Positions 1-12,200 of a stretch of 64,000 nt of DNA are shown here, one piece after another. The stretch is from Callorhinchus milii (lineage: Eukaryota), in NCBI RefSeq assembly GCF_018977255.1, contig NW_024704746.1:39928001-39992000 (forward strand), given 5' to 3'. Position numbers and translations under genes: made by a program. Under the pieces are notes generated by a model that searched no databases, was not told where the DNA came from, and was given only the letters and a program-made list of their open reading frames with translations. Numbering within the stretch: the stretch's first letter is position 1; each line of letters opens with the position of its first letter.

Positions 1-382
1 TAAGTGTGTTTTGCCAAAGGAGGTTGGTTAGGGTGACATCAAACTCACTCTTCACATAAAATAAGAGGGTGTACCTTCTTGGAAATGATTAAGGAATATT
101 TAGCAGCAAAATTAACGTAGTAAATAACATAAAATTCTGTGGCCTGAAATAAAACATTCAACACAACCAGTTTATAATTTATCTCTCTCTATTCCCTTCT
201 TTCTCACTTATGTCTTTACATACATAACTTCTAAGTCTGAAAGACACAGATAGAGCAATTGGCAGGTAAATGATATAGGAGGAAACCCAAGTAGCATGTT
301 CTTCCTTAACATACCTATGAGGCTTGAAGGGACATGGGAATAGGACAGGGTAGTGGGATTGAAAGTACAACTTTCAGGGGAT

Positions 383-736
383 TGGAGACCTATGGCGTAT
401 TGGTTAGAGCACTCTCCTCGCAAGCGAGAGGATCCAGGTTTGATTCCAGGGCAAGGTGGAACCTTAGGCAAGTTTCCTTACTCCACCTGCCTCTGTTTAC
501 CTAATAGTAAATAGGAACCCAGTTGTCAATAGATTGGCAGATATTCAAAAAATAATAATAATATGGTCACTCAATCCATGACGGTTTGTGGGACACTGCT
601 GTCCGCAATTGGTTGACGCATTTCACCCACAAAATACAGTCAATTTACTTTACAGTACATTCTGTGAAGCATTTTGAGACATCTCAATGACATGATAAGG
701 TGCTATGTTGAATCCAAGAATTATTATTATTATTAT
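383..736 (+). mobile_element. tRNA-derived SINE, older subfamily (tRNA head + central segment + Deu-like 3' part + L2-type tail)
   Basis: Diverged copy of the SINE at 26504 with an extra segment gcctctgtttacctaatagtaaataggaaccc; (ATT)n tail. Confidence 0.85.
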
Positions 737-1419
737 TTTTACAACTTGAGAAACGCAGTGCAGATTGGATAGGCCAAATGATCTCCCCTGCTCTGTAAAT
801 TTCTGTGATTCTACTGTTAATTAAAAACACAAGGAAACAAAAAGATGACTCTATACTCAGAGAATATAATTCACCAGTTTCTACATCTTCCAACTACACA
901 GGTTGTTAAATCTACAATCATAAATCTTTCTCTGCAGACATCATTACAAGTCAATATTCTGATGGGGATGGACAATTAATGTCTTCCATGACACAGCTAT
1001 ACCCTTAAAGAAATGACACACTCAATCTAACCATTCCAGAAGCTTTAAAATAGAGATCAGTGGGAAAAAAATAAATCCTGGAGTGATTTCAAAACTGTAA
1101 TCTCATTTTGGCTTTAAAGTGAAGTTTATAAATCGCTTCATCTTTGGTGTCATAGTTTGTTATCTGAACCACTTAACTAGACTACTGTCTTGTAAACACT
1201 TCCAGTTATCCATTTTTCTTGAAAACTTGACATGTCACTATTACTTTTAATGTTTCACATACATTCATGCTATACTCAGCTCAGCTGCTACACAATTGTG
1301 GAAAGTAAAATTGAAAATCAAAAATAAACTTTCTGCTAGTGATCTTGCAGCAGAGTTAGTCCCCTGAATAGTCTGGTTGCAAAGCCATTTCCTAAAGCCA
1401 AACTGAGTAATAAAAATCT

Positions 1420-1620
1420 GGAAGGTCCCAGTTTCAATCCTCCTTCATCTGTGCTGACATAAATGAAGCAGCATTAGGGGCTCTACAATTGACTTTGGTG
1501 CCATTGGGCTAAAGAGGATATAGGCAGGGGAAGGGATGTTGGGGGGGATATCAGCCTCGCTTCATGATTACAGTCCAGTCACTCCCACTGGAAGCTGTGC
1601 ACATCAGGTGATACATTGAT
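1420..1620 (+). mobile_element. Ancient SINE fragment (related fragments on - near 41020-41100 and 56310-56430)
   Basis: Shared motifs ggtcccag-ttcaatcc, ctgtgctga, ggggctctacaattg; family assignment not secure. Confidence 0.45.
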
Positions 1621-1740
1621 TGCTTGCCAACATTTACCATTCAAACTAAATTATGAAAAATGGCTACTTTAGCAAACGGAAGCGTGGCCAATCCCCATTA
1701 AACTGCATAAGATATTGCCAGGCACCTGGCAAACATGAAC

Positions 1741-2070
1741 TGGCCTGGCTTATTTGGTAGAAGCAGGACTTGAGCTCATAGTCAGTCCAGTGCTAGGCAG
1801 AGCTCTACATTGTCAGAGGTACTATACTTTCAAATGAGATGTTAAACTAAGATCATGTTTGCCTGTTCAGATGGACATTAATCTCATGGTACTATTCAAA
1901 ATGAAAAGGAGATTTATGACCAGTGCCCTGTGCCTTGCATGTTAGGCCAATAATCCTCTAATAAATTGATCACTCACCTGCAAACACATCACTACACTAT
2001 ATAAAAAAAACACTGTGAAGTGCTTTGAGACCTTTTGACATGATAAGGCACTCTATCAAATACAAGGATT
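1741..2070 (+). mobile_element. Old DeuSINE-like element
   Basis: Deu-domain-like caaatgagatgttaaac...gcctgttcagatggac...catggtactatt followed by L2-type tail. Confidence 0.7.
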
Positions 2071-4331
2071 AATATCACTTATCACATCATTTGCTTCATG
2101 GCTACTTGTGAGTCATTGTTGAGTGTGCAATTAGCTGCTGCATTTGCCTACAAATGCACAGCTTCAACTTGAAATTAGCTTCCTGTGAAGTGATTGATGT
2201 TATAGGCACGATATCAAATACGATTTTTGGTATTTGCTCCTGTTAACCAAAACCCTAATTGGTCCAATGTGGACAAGCAGCAGCAAGCTTGCAAGGCATT
2301 ACTCTCAATGGTAAGCTGTGTGTACAGTTTTGGTTGATTAGACTCCGTCGGTATACCAACACTTATTCTGGAGTCCCCAAGTCTTGACTCTTGTGTATCT
2401 AATACGCTCCAGAATTAGCTAACCTGCAACTAATAAGCAGGTTGTGTCCCTCCAGGGAGAGTGTACATTCCATTCCAGGCACAGGAAAATTTCCATGTGT
2501 AGCTGGCATACATCTGTGAAAATCAATTTATTTGAATACTCTTCGGCATGGTGATTGGTTTCCGCATGTGTCAGAAATCTGGCTGCCCAGAAAAATAACA
2601 AAAATATTTTTATTATCATATATCAAATGGTTAAGAACAAAAAAGTTTGCTAAAGAACCATTTTAATCAATATTTCACACTAGTAGCTTGGTAAGACAGG
2701 TTAGAGAAAATATTAAGTACGTTAACCTTTAATATTGGGTTACTACATATTTAGTGTTGGAACTTAAACTGTTTCCACAGAGAGTGGTATCAACCACAGC
2801 ACTGAAATTTTATAGCAGTACAGTAACCCAACACACTTTTTTTTAAAAAAAATCTGTTGTAAATCTGGAGCAAATTGCTTGTTATGCCTATACTCAACTT
2901 AAATACAGTCACTATACAAGTAAAATACTGAGAGGCTCCTTGACGTCCTCCAAAGTGAAAGGGGCTATACAAAATCCAAGGGTAATTATATGAATTGTAT
3001 ATATATGAATGTGTATTATTCAAAGCAGAAAGATTACCAGAAAAAAAGTACTAGACATTAAGCCTAGCTTTGTTTTTATTTTTTTTGGGGGGGGGGTGGG
3101 TGGGGGAGAGAAGCAGAGTTTGTAGGATCTGAATGTGGAAAGCTACCAGGGTTTGAGTGAAAAATTGCCCCTGACAAACCCTAACCCCAGGAGCCTGGGT
3201 CAGTCCTGCGACCATTGGAGTCAGTCAGGAGCTAATCAGGAGCTGAGCATCAGCTGGGAATGAAAAGACCCCGGAGACTGCTCCCAGCCAGGTGAATGCT
3301 CGCCACACCTGTTCCCTCACATACACTCAGAATTGTTCTTCCATCTGCAACGATACAAACGGGTCCAACAACCCCCTAATTTTGCAAATCATTTGGGACA
3401 GATTTGCACACCTCAACACCATTCCCCACGGCTTCCCATCAAATGCAAGGATTATTATTAGTATTATTATCATCATCATCAGCAGCAGCCAGAAGCTGAC
3501 CACCACTAACTGGGACCCACTTGTTAAAGGAAGATGAACAACATGGGTCATTTAGGCAAGGTTTATGTCACCTTCCATCCGCTGTCCGTGGTGATCATCT
3601 GCTTGGTGCTGTGCTGCTCGGTGGTGGCTGGTTTGGTGGGCGGTGTAATCGGAGGCGATCGCTGTGAACCTGGCGCTGAGTGAACTGCTGAGAAGTATGT
3701 TGGACAGCCTGCTGCTGCTACCGGCCACAGCAGCTCCGACCTAAGCACCATCCTGTGTCACACGCAGCTTCTTGTCTACTGTCTGTGCAGCTGTTCACCA
3801 ATGATCACCATCAGATTGGAATCAATCCCTGGGTTCCTGTTCTGCTCAGCACCACCCCCCATGTATATCAGATGTCAAGAGATGCCCATTGACAGCCTCT
3901 GCCCCGGGTGTACCTGCTGTTGGTGGTTCGTCTGTTTTGGGCCGCAATCGTGTTTTATTAGGTTCGGATCTGTGTGGTTGTCAGATGGCACAACGAACAA
4001 AGTCCGTGAAGGTCGGGCCGCCCTGAATTCGGGTTGGAAACAGTTTGGAGTGGAGCCCCAGGTCCAGCCACCAGTCAAACCCTGGCACCTCTCAAGAGGA
4101 CATGCCGTGCAGCTTGCAAAAGGGAAAGACACGCTGCCCTTGAATGTCACTGGCTTTTCTGGCTCCTTGTTGGCTACCATCACCTGTAACTAACCCAACC
4201 AGATACCGGGACCTTGGCAAGCACAAGCCGCGAGCCGGGCAGGAATTGAATGGAAGGCAAACAAGCCAAACCCTCCGGCTGCGTTACCACTAGTTGATGT
4301 GTTGCTTCTGAACATCATTGAAAATGACTTA

Positions 4332-4594
4332 ACTCACCTCCCAAGCGAGAGATCTGGGTTCAATTCTCCGCAGGGCCAAACCTTGGGCAAGTTTCCATAC
4401 TCCAGACACCTAATAATCCCTCAAGAAAAAGAATTGGTCACTTCGATCTGCGACTGTTTGTGGGACACTGCTGTGCGCAATTGGCTGCCACGTTTTGCCC
4501 ACATACAGTCAATGCACATTAGTTTATTCTGTGTAGCGCTTTGAGACATCTAGAAGATGCGAAAAGTACTATATCAAATGCAAGGATTATTATT
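4332..4594 (+). mobile_element. 5'-truncated tRNA-derived SINE
   Basis: Matches the 26504 SINE from the anticodon arm to the aaatgcaaggattattatt tail. Confidence 0.85.
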
Positions 4595-5668
4595 GAGTGA
4601 AAAACTTTAGGGGCTTAAGTTCGAGTTTAGGAGGAACAACGGAGGTTGCCGTTTCTTGTTTGGTAACTGAACGCTTGATAATGAGTGAGCCCTTTAGACA
4701 GACTACTGCCTACAAAGAAAGTTCCTCAGTTTCCCAGCAAGAACTTACATACTTTTTCTATTCTTTTGGCCAAGGAACACATTATGAAATAAATGTGAGA
4801 CCGTGCTGACTCTTTCAAGGCTTAATGGTTAAAATAATGCAGCTTGTTAGCAAACAAATTATTGGACTTTGACCTACTGCAAAAATAAATCAATTTTATT
4901 TTTAATTTTTAAGTGTGCACTGCATAGCAATAGCAAGGAAACATCTGGTTTATTATCAGTGATTATAGCATTATTGTGGATAAGCACACTTGTGCAAATA
5001 TAAAACAAATATTTTCTCCATTCATTGGCAAGATTGACAGCAAAAAACATTCATTATGGTTTTCCATCAAGTTGCAAACACTGAGAAAGCATTCATCACA
5101 AGGTAAAGGTCAAGATAGTTTCACTTATCCAGTATCCTATACACTGTATATCACATTCCAGTACCAAGGCTATTTAGAACAATATTGGGCAATCATTGTT
5201 GGCTTCTATTACTAAAAAAAAACAAAGGTTTAGCTGAATATCTTCCATCATACAGAGGCATTGCAAAGTGGTCTATTTATTTGCCTGTTCATATTTTAGT
5301 TAAATGAGCTTCATATAAAAGATTATTGAGAAAATGATATCTGTCTGGACTATTTAATTATGTTCATCAACATGCAGGAGGACATTTATGCAAACAGTTA
5401 CATCATGCAAGGAATATTCCAAATAACTACATGTGGCGGTGTTCCACAGCTTACCTACTCACACTCAGAGTATTGGATGTATTGTAAGTGAAAATAATGT
5501 TACCAACATCATTATGCATTAAAAATAAATGGACACACTGCACTGATCATTATGTTTTTACTGGTTAAACACTAATGCAATATCTAATACAACAGTGAAA
5601 AAAATATTTCCACATATACAAGTCATAATATTTTTGAACCAATTTAGTATCAAAAACATTCCGATCAT

Positions 5669-5674
5669 TTTATT
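5669..5674 (-). terminator. Candidate ING3 polyadenylation signal AATAAA
   Basis: TTTATT on + strand about 500 bp past the stop; another lies at 5276-5281; usage not determinable from sequence. Confidence 0.4.
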
Positions 5675-6176
5675 TTTACATCCTTTATATCAAATGTGCT
5701 GTACCAAAGGTTCAGAACAGACAAATAAACATTTAACACTAATGGCACAAACTGGCATTCATATGATATAGTAATGTTTACTCATATATCAGACCACTAC
5801 CATGTGCCAGTTTACACCAGCTCTACAAGATTTTATTGCCCATATTGCATTTTACTTCAGCCAGCTGAAACGTTTCACAGAAGTAATAATTAAATGGAAA
5901 AGTAACACATATTTAAAACAGACTATAGTTTGGGACTTTTTTNGCTCGTTACAATTGTTTAAAGGAGTAATGTTAGCCACCTGATGTTTTACACAAAAAA
6001 GATTAAATGAACTTCTGTATCAACAAGCTTTACATTCTGAATTAGGAACATCTACAAGAATACTGCAAAGATATCAGGTACTGCAGTTGTTTGTTGCTCT
6101 CATTCAATGTTATATTTAGATTCTAGTTTGAAGTTCTGATAAAGCACCAGTCAAATCAAGTCCTCTGCTTCTCATT

Positions 6177-6293
6177 TCATTTGTGGCGACTCCCTCGTCT
6201 CTTCATTGCTGCTGTGCATTGTGGGCAGTACCATTTTCCTTTCGGGGCTTCTGTTAGTCCAACACACCCATAGTGGAACCACTCAATGGGGCA
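6177..6293 (-). CDS. ING3: ING3 exon 12 coding part ([38 protein letters not shown])
   Basis: cag acceptor, TGA stop at 6179-6177, PHD C-terminal half. Confidence 0.97.
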   Translation of the reverse strand, partial: CPIEWFHYGCVGLTEAPKGKWYCPQCTAAMKRRGSRHK

Positions 6294-9200
6294 CTGTGGA
6301 AGAAAATTGTCAGGTCATTTCACCCAGAACAACACAACAAATTTTGTGCATTATCTATTATCATCCTTTGTATCATTGTGCTTCACACACATTGTTTCCA
6401 GCTTGTTCGCATGCTTCAAATTTGTTTGCAACATCAAAGAAAATCTAGAATACTTACATCTTGATTATCACAACCGACCATTTCACCATAGGATACCTAA
6501 AAGAAATGGGGAAATAAAATAAATTAAGTGTATTTTCAAACAAATGGAAAAATAGCACCATACCTTTTAATTGGTGGCAGAGTTCAAGTTAACAACTTTA
6601 AAAAGGGTGACAGCCTGAAAATAGCCCCTGCACCATGAGCACCAATAGTACAAATCCTGTGAGCAACTAAATTAAACAGTTTCCAAATCAAAATCCACTA
6701 GTTGTAAAGAAATATGTAAATTACTGCTGGAATGCCTACCTTAAATCACATAGAAGATGAAGCTTTTCCAAAGAATACAATTGTTTCATAATATAAGCTA
6801 CTCACTTACAAATAGTTTTGTGCAGCATTCCATTAAAATAGTATGATAACTGCAACAGGGCAGCCCGTCTTATTTTTTTGGTCATTTCTATAAGTCTTAT
6901 ATTTGCCACACAGTCCCCCAAATTTATAAATGTCATACTTTTATTTCTGTCCCGTACTAAAACTGTGCAACCATCTCTACAAACATTTTACAATGCATAC
7001 ATCCCAAAATAAAAGCTGAACTGTTTTAAATTAGAAATCAATCCATTATATTACCCGCCTTCTGAGAGTTTATAGCTAATGCCTTTTAACCCACAACATG
7101 AATTTGTATTCTATGAAACACCTAGAATATTAAATGTACCGTTTAACATTCGTTACACACATTTGATTATTCAGAATCTTTTCACATTGGTTTCGTTATT
7201 CCCAAACATACCTGATTGCAGATACAATAGCGAGGTTCATTTGGGTCATACGTCCAATCCACTTGACTGTTAGAATCAGACTCTGGTAGAGCTGGGGTCT
7301 GCTGAGGAATCTCTTGTGTTACTGCCGATGACGAAGAGGAAGATGATGATGAGGATGATGATGAAGACTGATGATTTGAAGACTTGTTGCTTCTGCAAAA
7401 AATATAGAAAGAGTACAGATCATAGACATTGTACACAATTTTACCTAAAGGTTAGAAATATAAATGAAAACTTCATTGCAGTAAGACAATTTCAGTAACA
7501 TAGCACTACATTTCCTAACAGGATTTCAGTTTCAAATCTCAACCTTGATTGACATTTGATCTGCTATTTTCATTAGCTGAGTTTTGGCAGCTCTTCAATA
7601 TACTGCCACATGGATCACTATACTGCAGAGTGCTACATTGTGTTAATGATCCATGATCTAGATGAAGCTGTTAATGGTGACTGCTAGTGTACCAGGAGGG
7701 AAGTCTTCAACTTTCTGTGGTCAAGTACAGTTGTGACCTTAACTAGGTGGATGTAACTCCCATAAAGTTTGGAAGTTATGCATTTGTCAAAGTAAATGTT
7801 CTAAATAAAACAAATTAAGTCAAAGTTTTGCATACACAATCCCCAAAGTAATTTTCTTAACATAATTTACTTCTAATAAACAGAACAGCCGAGAAAATTC
7901 TAACTAACTATAGTGACTTACGAACTGGTGCCACTACTCTCCAAATGGAAGTTTCTGTCTTGCCTTCCACATGACACAGTGGAGTCCTGTAGCTCAGTGG
8001 TTAGAGCACTCGTTTTGCAAGTGAGAGACCTAAGTTCAATTCCAGGCAGAGGGCGAAACCTTGGGCAAGTTTCCTTACTCCACACGCCTAATTATAATCC
8101 CTCCAAAAAAACAAAATAATAAATTGGTCATTTTCAATCTACGACTGTTTGTGGGACATTGCTGTGCGCAATTGGCTGCCGCGTTCGCCCACAGTCAATT
8201 CACGTTACAGCATATTCTGTGAAGCGCTTTGGGACGTCTAGAAGACGTGAAAAGCGCTATATCAAATGCAAGGATTATTATTATTATTATATCCATAAAA
8301 GTCTTTATGGATAATCTGCCCTACCTCACTTTAACCTGGAATCTGAAAGGATTTTTAAATACTATACATTTGAAATCTAAGTATAAATTGCCAGACAAAA
8401 TATGTATTTGATCAAATACATTTATTAACTGCAATACAGAATTTCTATGTAATCCCTTCTGAAATTAGATTAAGAAATAATTAGAGGCATATGTAAATCC
8501 AGAGGTAGCCATATTACCCTTCACCAATGAAGATCAAAATAGGATTACTTTTCTTCTTCATTGACAAATTGGAAAAGTGAAGTCCATGTATACACATCTA
8601 ATAATAATAATAATAATAATCCTTGCATTTGATATAGCGCTTTTCACGTCGGGAGGACGTCCCAAAGCGCTTCACAGAACACACTGTAAAGTGAATTGAC
8701 TGTGGATATTTGTGGGCGAACGCGGCAGCCAATTGCGCACAGCAATGTCCCACAAACAGTCGTAGATTGAAAAATGACCAATTTAATTATTGTTTTTGGT
8801 TTTTTGGAGGGATTATTATTAGGCTCTGTGTGGAGTAAGGAAACTTGCCCAAGGTTTCGCCCTGCCTGGAATTGAACTCAGGTCTCTCACTTGCAAAGCG
8901 AGTGCTCTAACCACTGAGCTACAGGACTCCACTCCTGTAATCACATATAATACAATCACATCTTGCCATTCTCACCACAACAAATTTCTGATATATACAA
9001 AGCTGCCACATCAAGGTAACAGCAAGCCAATTATTGAGCTGCTGTTGTTTTAATACGTTTCAGACTTCTGAAACAGAGAGCAGGGTAGTACTACAAGAAC
9101 AGACATGTTACTATAGCAATAGACAAAATTAAGAATGGATGTTGTATTAGGCCACACTAGGTTTTGGCAAGAAACCATCATAACTTGATGACCATCGACA

Positions 9201-12200
9201 AGACAAATTGCAAAAAAAAAAATTCTACCATGCTCAATTTTAAAATATTGAATAAAGCACACAGCCTTGTAAGAGAGCAATTTAATTGAAAAAAAAACAT
9301 ACTTGTTTTTTCGTCCACTACGTGAATCTGTGGTTGATGTTGACAACGTCTGTGTCAGCGTAGAGGCTAATGTTGATGAATATCCTGTCGATTCTCTAGA
9401 GATAGAGAATTCGCGTGCAAGCTGGAAGTCATTATTCTTGAATGCTTCGTAAGTGGCCTTTATAGTAGATGTTCTCCGCCCTTCCTTCATCTTTGGAAGA
9501 AAAGGTAAACATTTTGCACAAAACCATTAGTTGGTAAAAAGATGAATTTCAGACAACTTTTACATGCAACTTGTTTGTACATGCAGTATAAAGCTATTGG
9601 AAAATACCAAAGACCTAAAAATCAGTCTCTGGGACTCAATTCAAAGCATTTGAGATACAAGAGTCATGGAGTAGACAGTATAGTAGGATCATAAAGGTAC
9701 GTATGGGTCAAGGCCATACAGGCATTTGAAAGTAACGTCTAGAATCTTGGATTTGTTCCACTGGGAAGGGGAGCCAGTGGAGTTGAGCGAGAATGGGATG
9801 ATAGGTTTACAGAGTCTGGTGTGGGATAGATACATGGGCTACAAAATTGTGGATGGTCTGCAGATTGTGTAGGAGGTGAGTTTGGTGTTGGAATAAATCA
9901 AACCTAAAGGTGAGGATTGGGTTGACTATACTTGGCACTAGTTTGCCAGTTAGAAGTAGTTTTGTGTACTCACAATCTCACAAATGGGGACTGTTGGGAG
10001 GGGGTAGGAGATGGAAAACATTGCACTTGAGTGGAACGTTTATAATTGTACCCATATCTTCCAACGTGGACACTTCTCAAATCTTCCACAATTGAAGCCA
10101 GTAAACCATGAAGTGGAGAATCTTTAGCTCGTCCTACTAATCTGTAATGCACGGTATCACATTGATAGATTGACACCCCTCGTTTACCCCAAATATATAG
10201 GAGCCAGCTTTTATAATAATTTCACAGGGACCAAAGCCCGAAAGTTATGCTAGTCTCAAATGATAAGGTCTGAATTGTTAAGGACAGTCCAATAACATTT
10301 TATGTCTCACTACTTGAAGAGCCACACGACAATCAAGGTTACAAATATTAACTTTCAAATCTGACAAAATATATTCCAACTTGTGCAGGATAGGAACACA
10401 TTTTGAATGTTTTTGAGCATTTAAACTACCTGTGCAGTTGCTTGAACAGCCTGAGCTGCTGCCATTGTTATAGCGACAGCTCCCGGTCCAGCTCCTGGAG
10501 ATAACGAGGTCAGATTGTATGAGCTGAGTGGCTGTGATGAATTTGCATTGTAGACATTGTTCGAAGCAGACGTTACATTGTTGTTACGACACCCTGAAAG
10601 AGAAAAAGATAATGAGCAAGTGTTAACAGATCTCATCATCTGCCTAATTATACGTCATAACATAATTTGTTTGCACTTTAGCAAATACTGTAACAAATCT
10701 TATTTAAGACAGAATTCTGAATACCGGGTGTATTTTCTTTTGAAGCATCTGATGTAAGTGTAGATAAAAGAGCTTCTGATTTGAATTTCTTCTCAGGTAC
10801 ATGGTCTGAGGCATGGTGAGAGGATGGGTTATACTTCCGTTCTGTAAAAGGATTGCAAAAACAAATGAATAGTAGCAGAAGAAACAATTGCTGATGAAAA
10901 AGCTCTCGACTAGGCTGAATAAAATTGAATGTAATATAAAGCAACAAAGAATGCTTGAAATTAACATACAACAAATTAATCCATGAACAATATACAATAG
11001 ACAGTGTATAAATAACAAGGAAGATTGAAGTGCATCAAATTCAGTATCATAATTCATCTATATATATATATATAAAATCATAGAATAGTCCATATCAACA
11101 AAGTTTTCATAAATAATTCTTACAATTGGCAAATACCTTTCAGGTTGGGACGTGCTTTGCAGGATATACTGTAAACTGCAGTGACTGTGTGTTTTGTGGG
11201 CAAACTGCTGCCATCCAAATAATACTTACATTTGATATAGCACCTTATCATGTTGCTGAGACATCTCAAAGTGCTCACAGGATAATGTAAAGTGGATTGA
11301 CTATGTATTTTGACTAAATAGTTTTCCTTGTATATGCTTGTCAGAAAAATCCAACCAATTTTATTTATCTTTAATCTTCAAAAGTAATTGCAATACCAAA
11401 ATGAGTTATAGTCAAGGAACTTGTGCCATTTAGCCTTGGTTCTATGAACAAATTTGAATGTTTAAATATGATAATTTTAAATTGATATTTCTTTGTGCTT
11501 ATTAACATGACAATGTCACTGCAAGGTAATGCAATAAGTTTCAATTTCTGGTACTCAGTATCAGTACAGAACTCTCAGCTAAAGTAACTTAATAATTAAA
11601 CTTGATTTGAGCGTCTAAGCAAAACAGTAACAGAGCTTTGAGGCACCTCGAAGATGTGATAAGGCGCTATAACAAATGTAAGGATTATTATTATTATTCT
11701 AACCACACACTTGAACATGAAGTATACCACCACAACAAAGAAAAAAAACACAACATGAAGTATACCACGACAGGGTGAAAAATAAACTTCCAAGCACTTA
11801 CTTTCTAATGGAGTATGCGAGTGAGCATGATGATTATTAACTGGCTGAGGTGGGTTGTCCAACTCCAAAGACCCTGAATGAAGGGAGCAGGCAACCAGTC
11901 AAATTAGGTCTTAAATACTCTGTTTTCAAACCAAGAATAAATCAATTTACAACAACAGATAATTGGACTTAACTTAAAACTAACTTATTTTTTTTCTGAT
12001 CCAAAAACATTTAGTAGCTATAACTTTCAAGACTGAGCATGAGAAAGGAGGAAAATGAGATAAATCATAGCTAACTATTAGAGAAATACAAGTAATATTT
12101 GCAAGACAAGTAATAATGCAGGATACAGGGAACAAAACAGTACACTTTCTGTATTGAAATATATATTAAAAAAATAAAAATATTATTACTAAGAATGTAT

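Noticed and set aside
3563-4193. ORFs of 62-130 aa as a possible novel gene
   Set aside because: No recognisable domain or splice structure; region kept only as an unexplained insert
5943-5943. Single N bases at 5943, 29990 and 42888
   Set aside because: All follow poly-T runs; assembly ambiguity rather than biology
10220-10330. Possible Penelope-like terminal remnant and hammerhead ribozyme
   Set aside because: Only vague resemblance (cccgaaag...agtccaataa); no CUGAnGA plus GAAA core with stems found by eye here or at other CTGATGA sites
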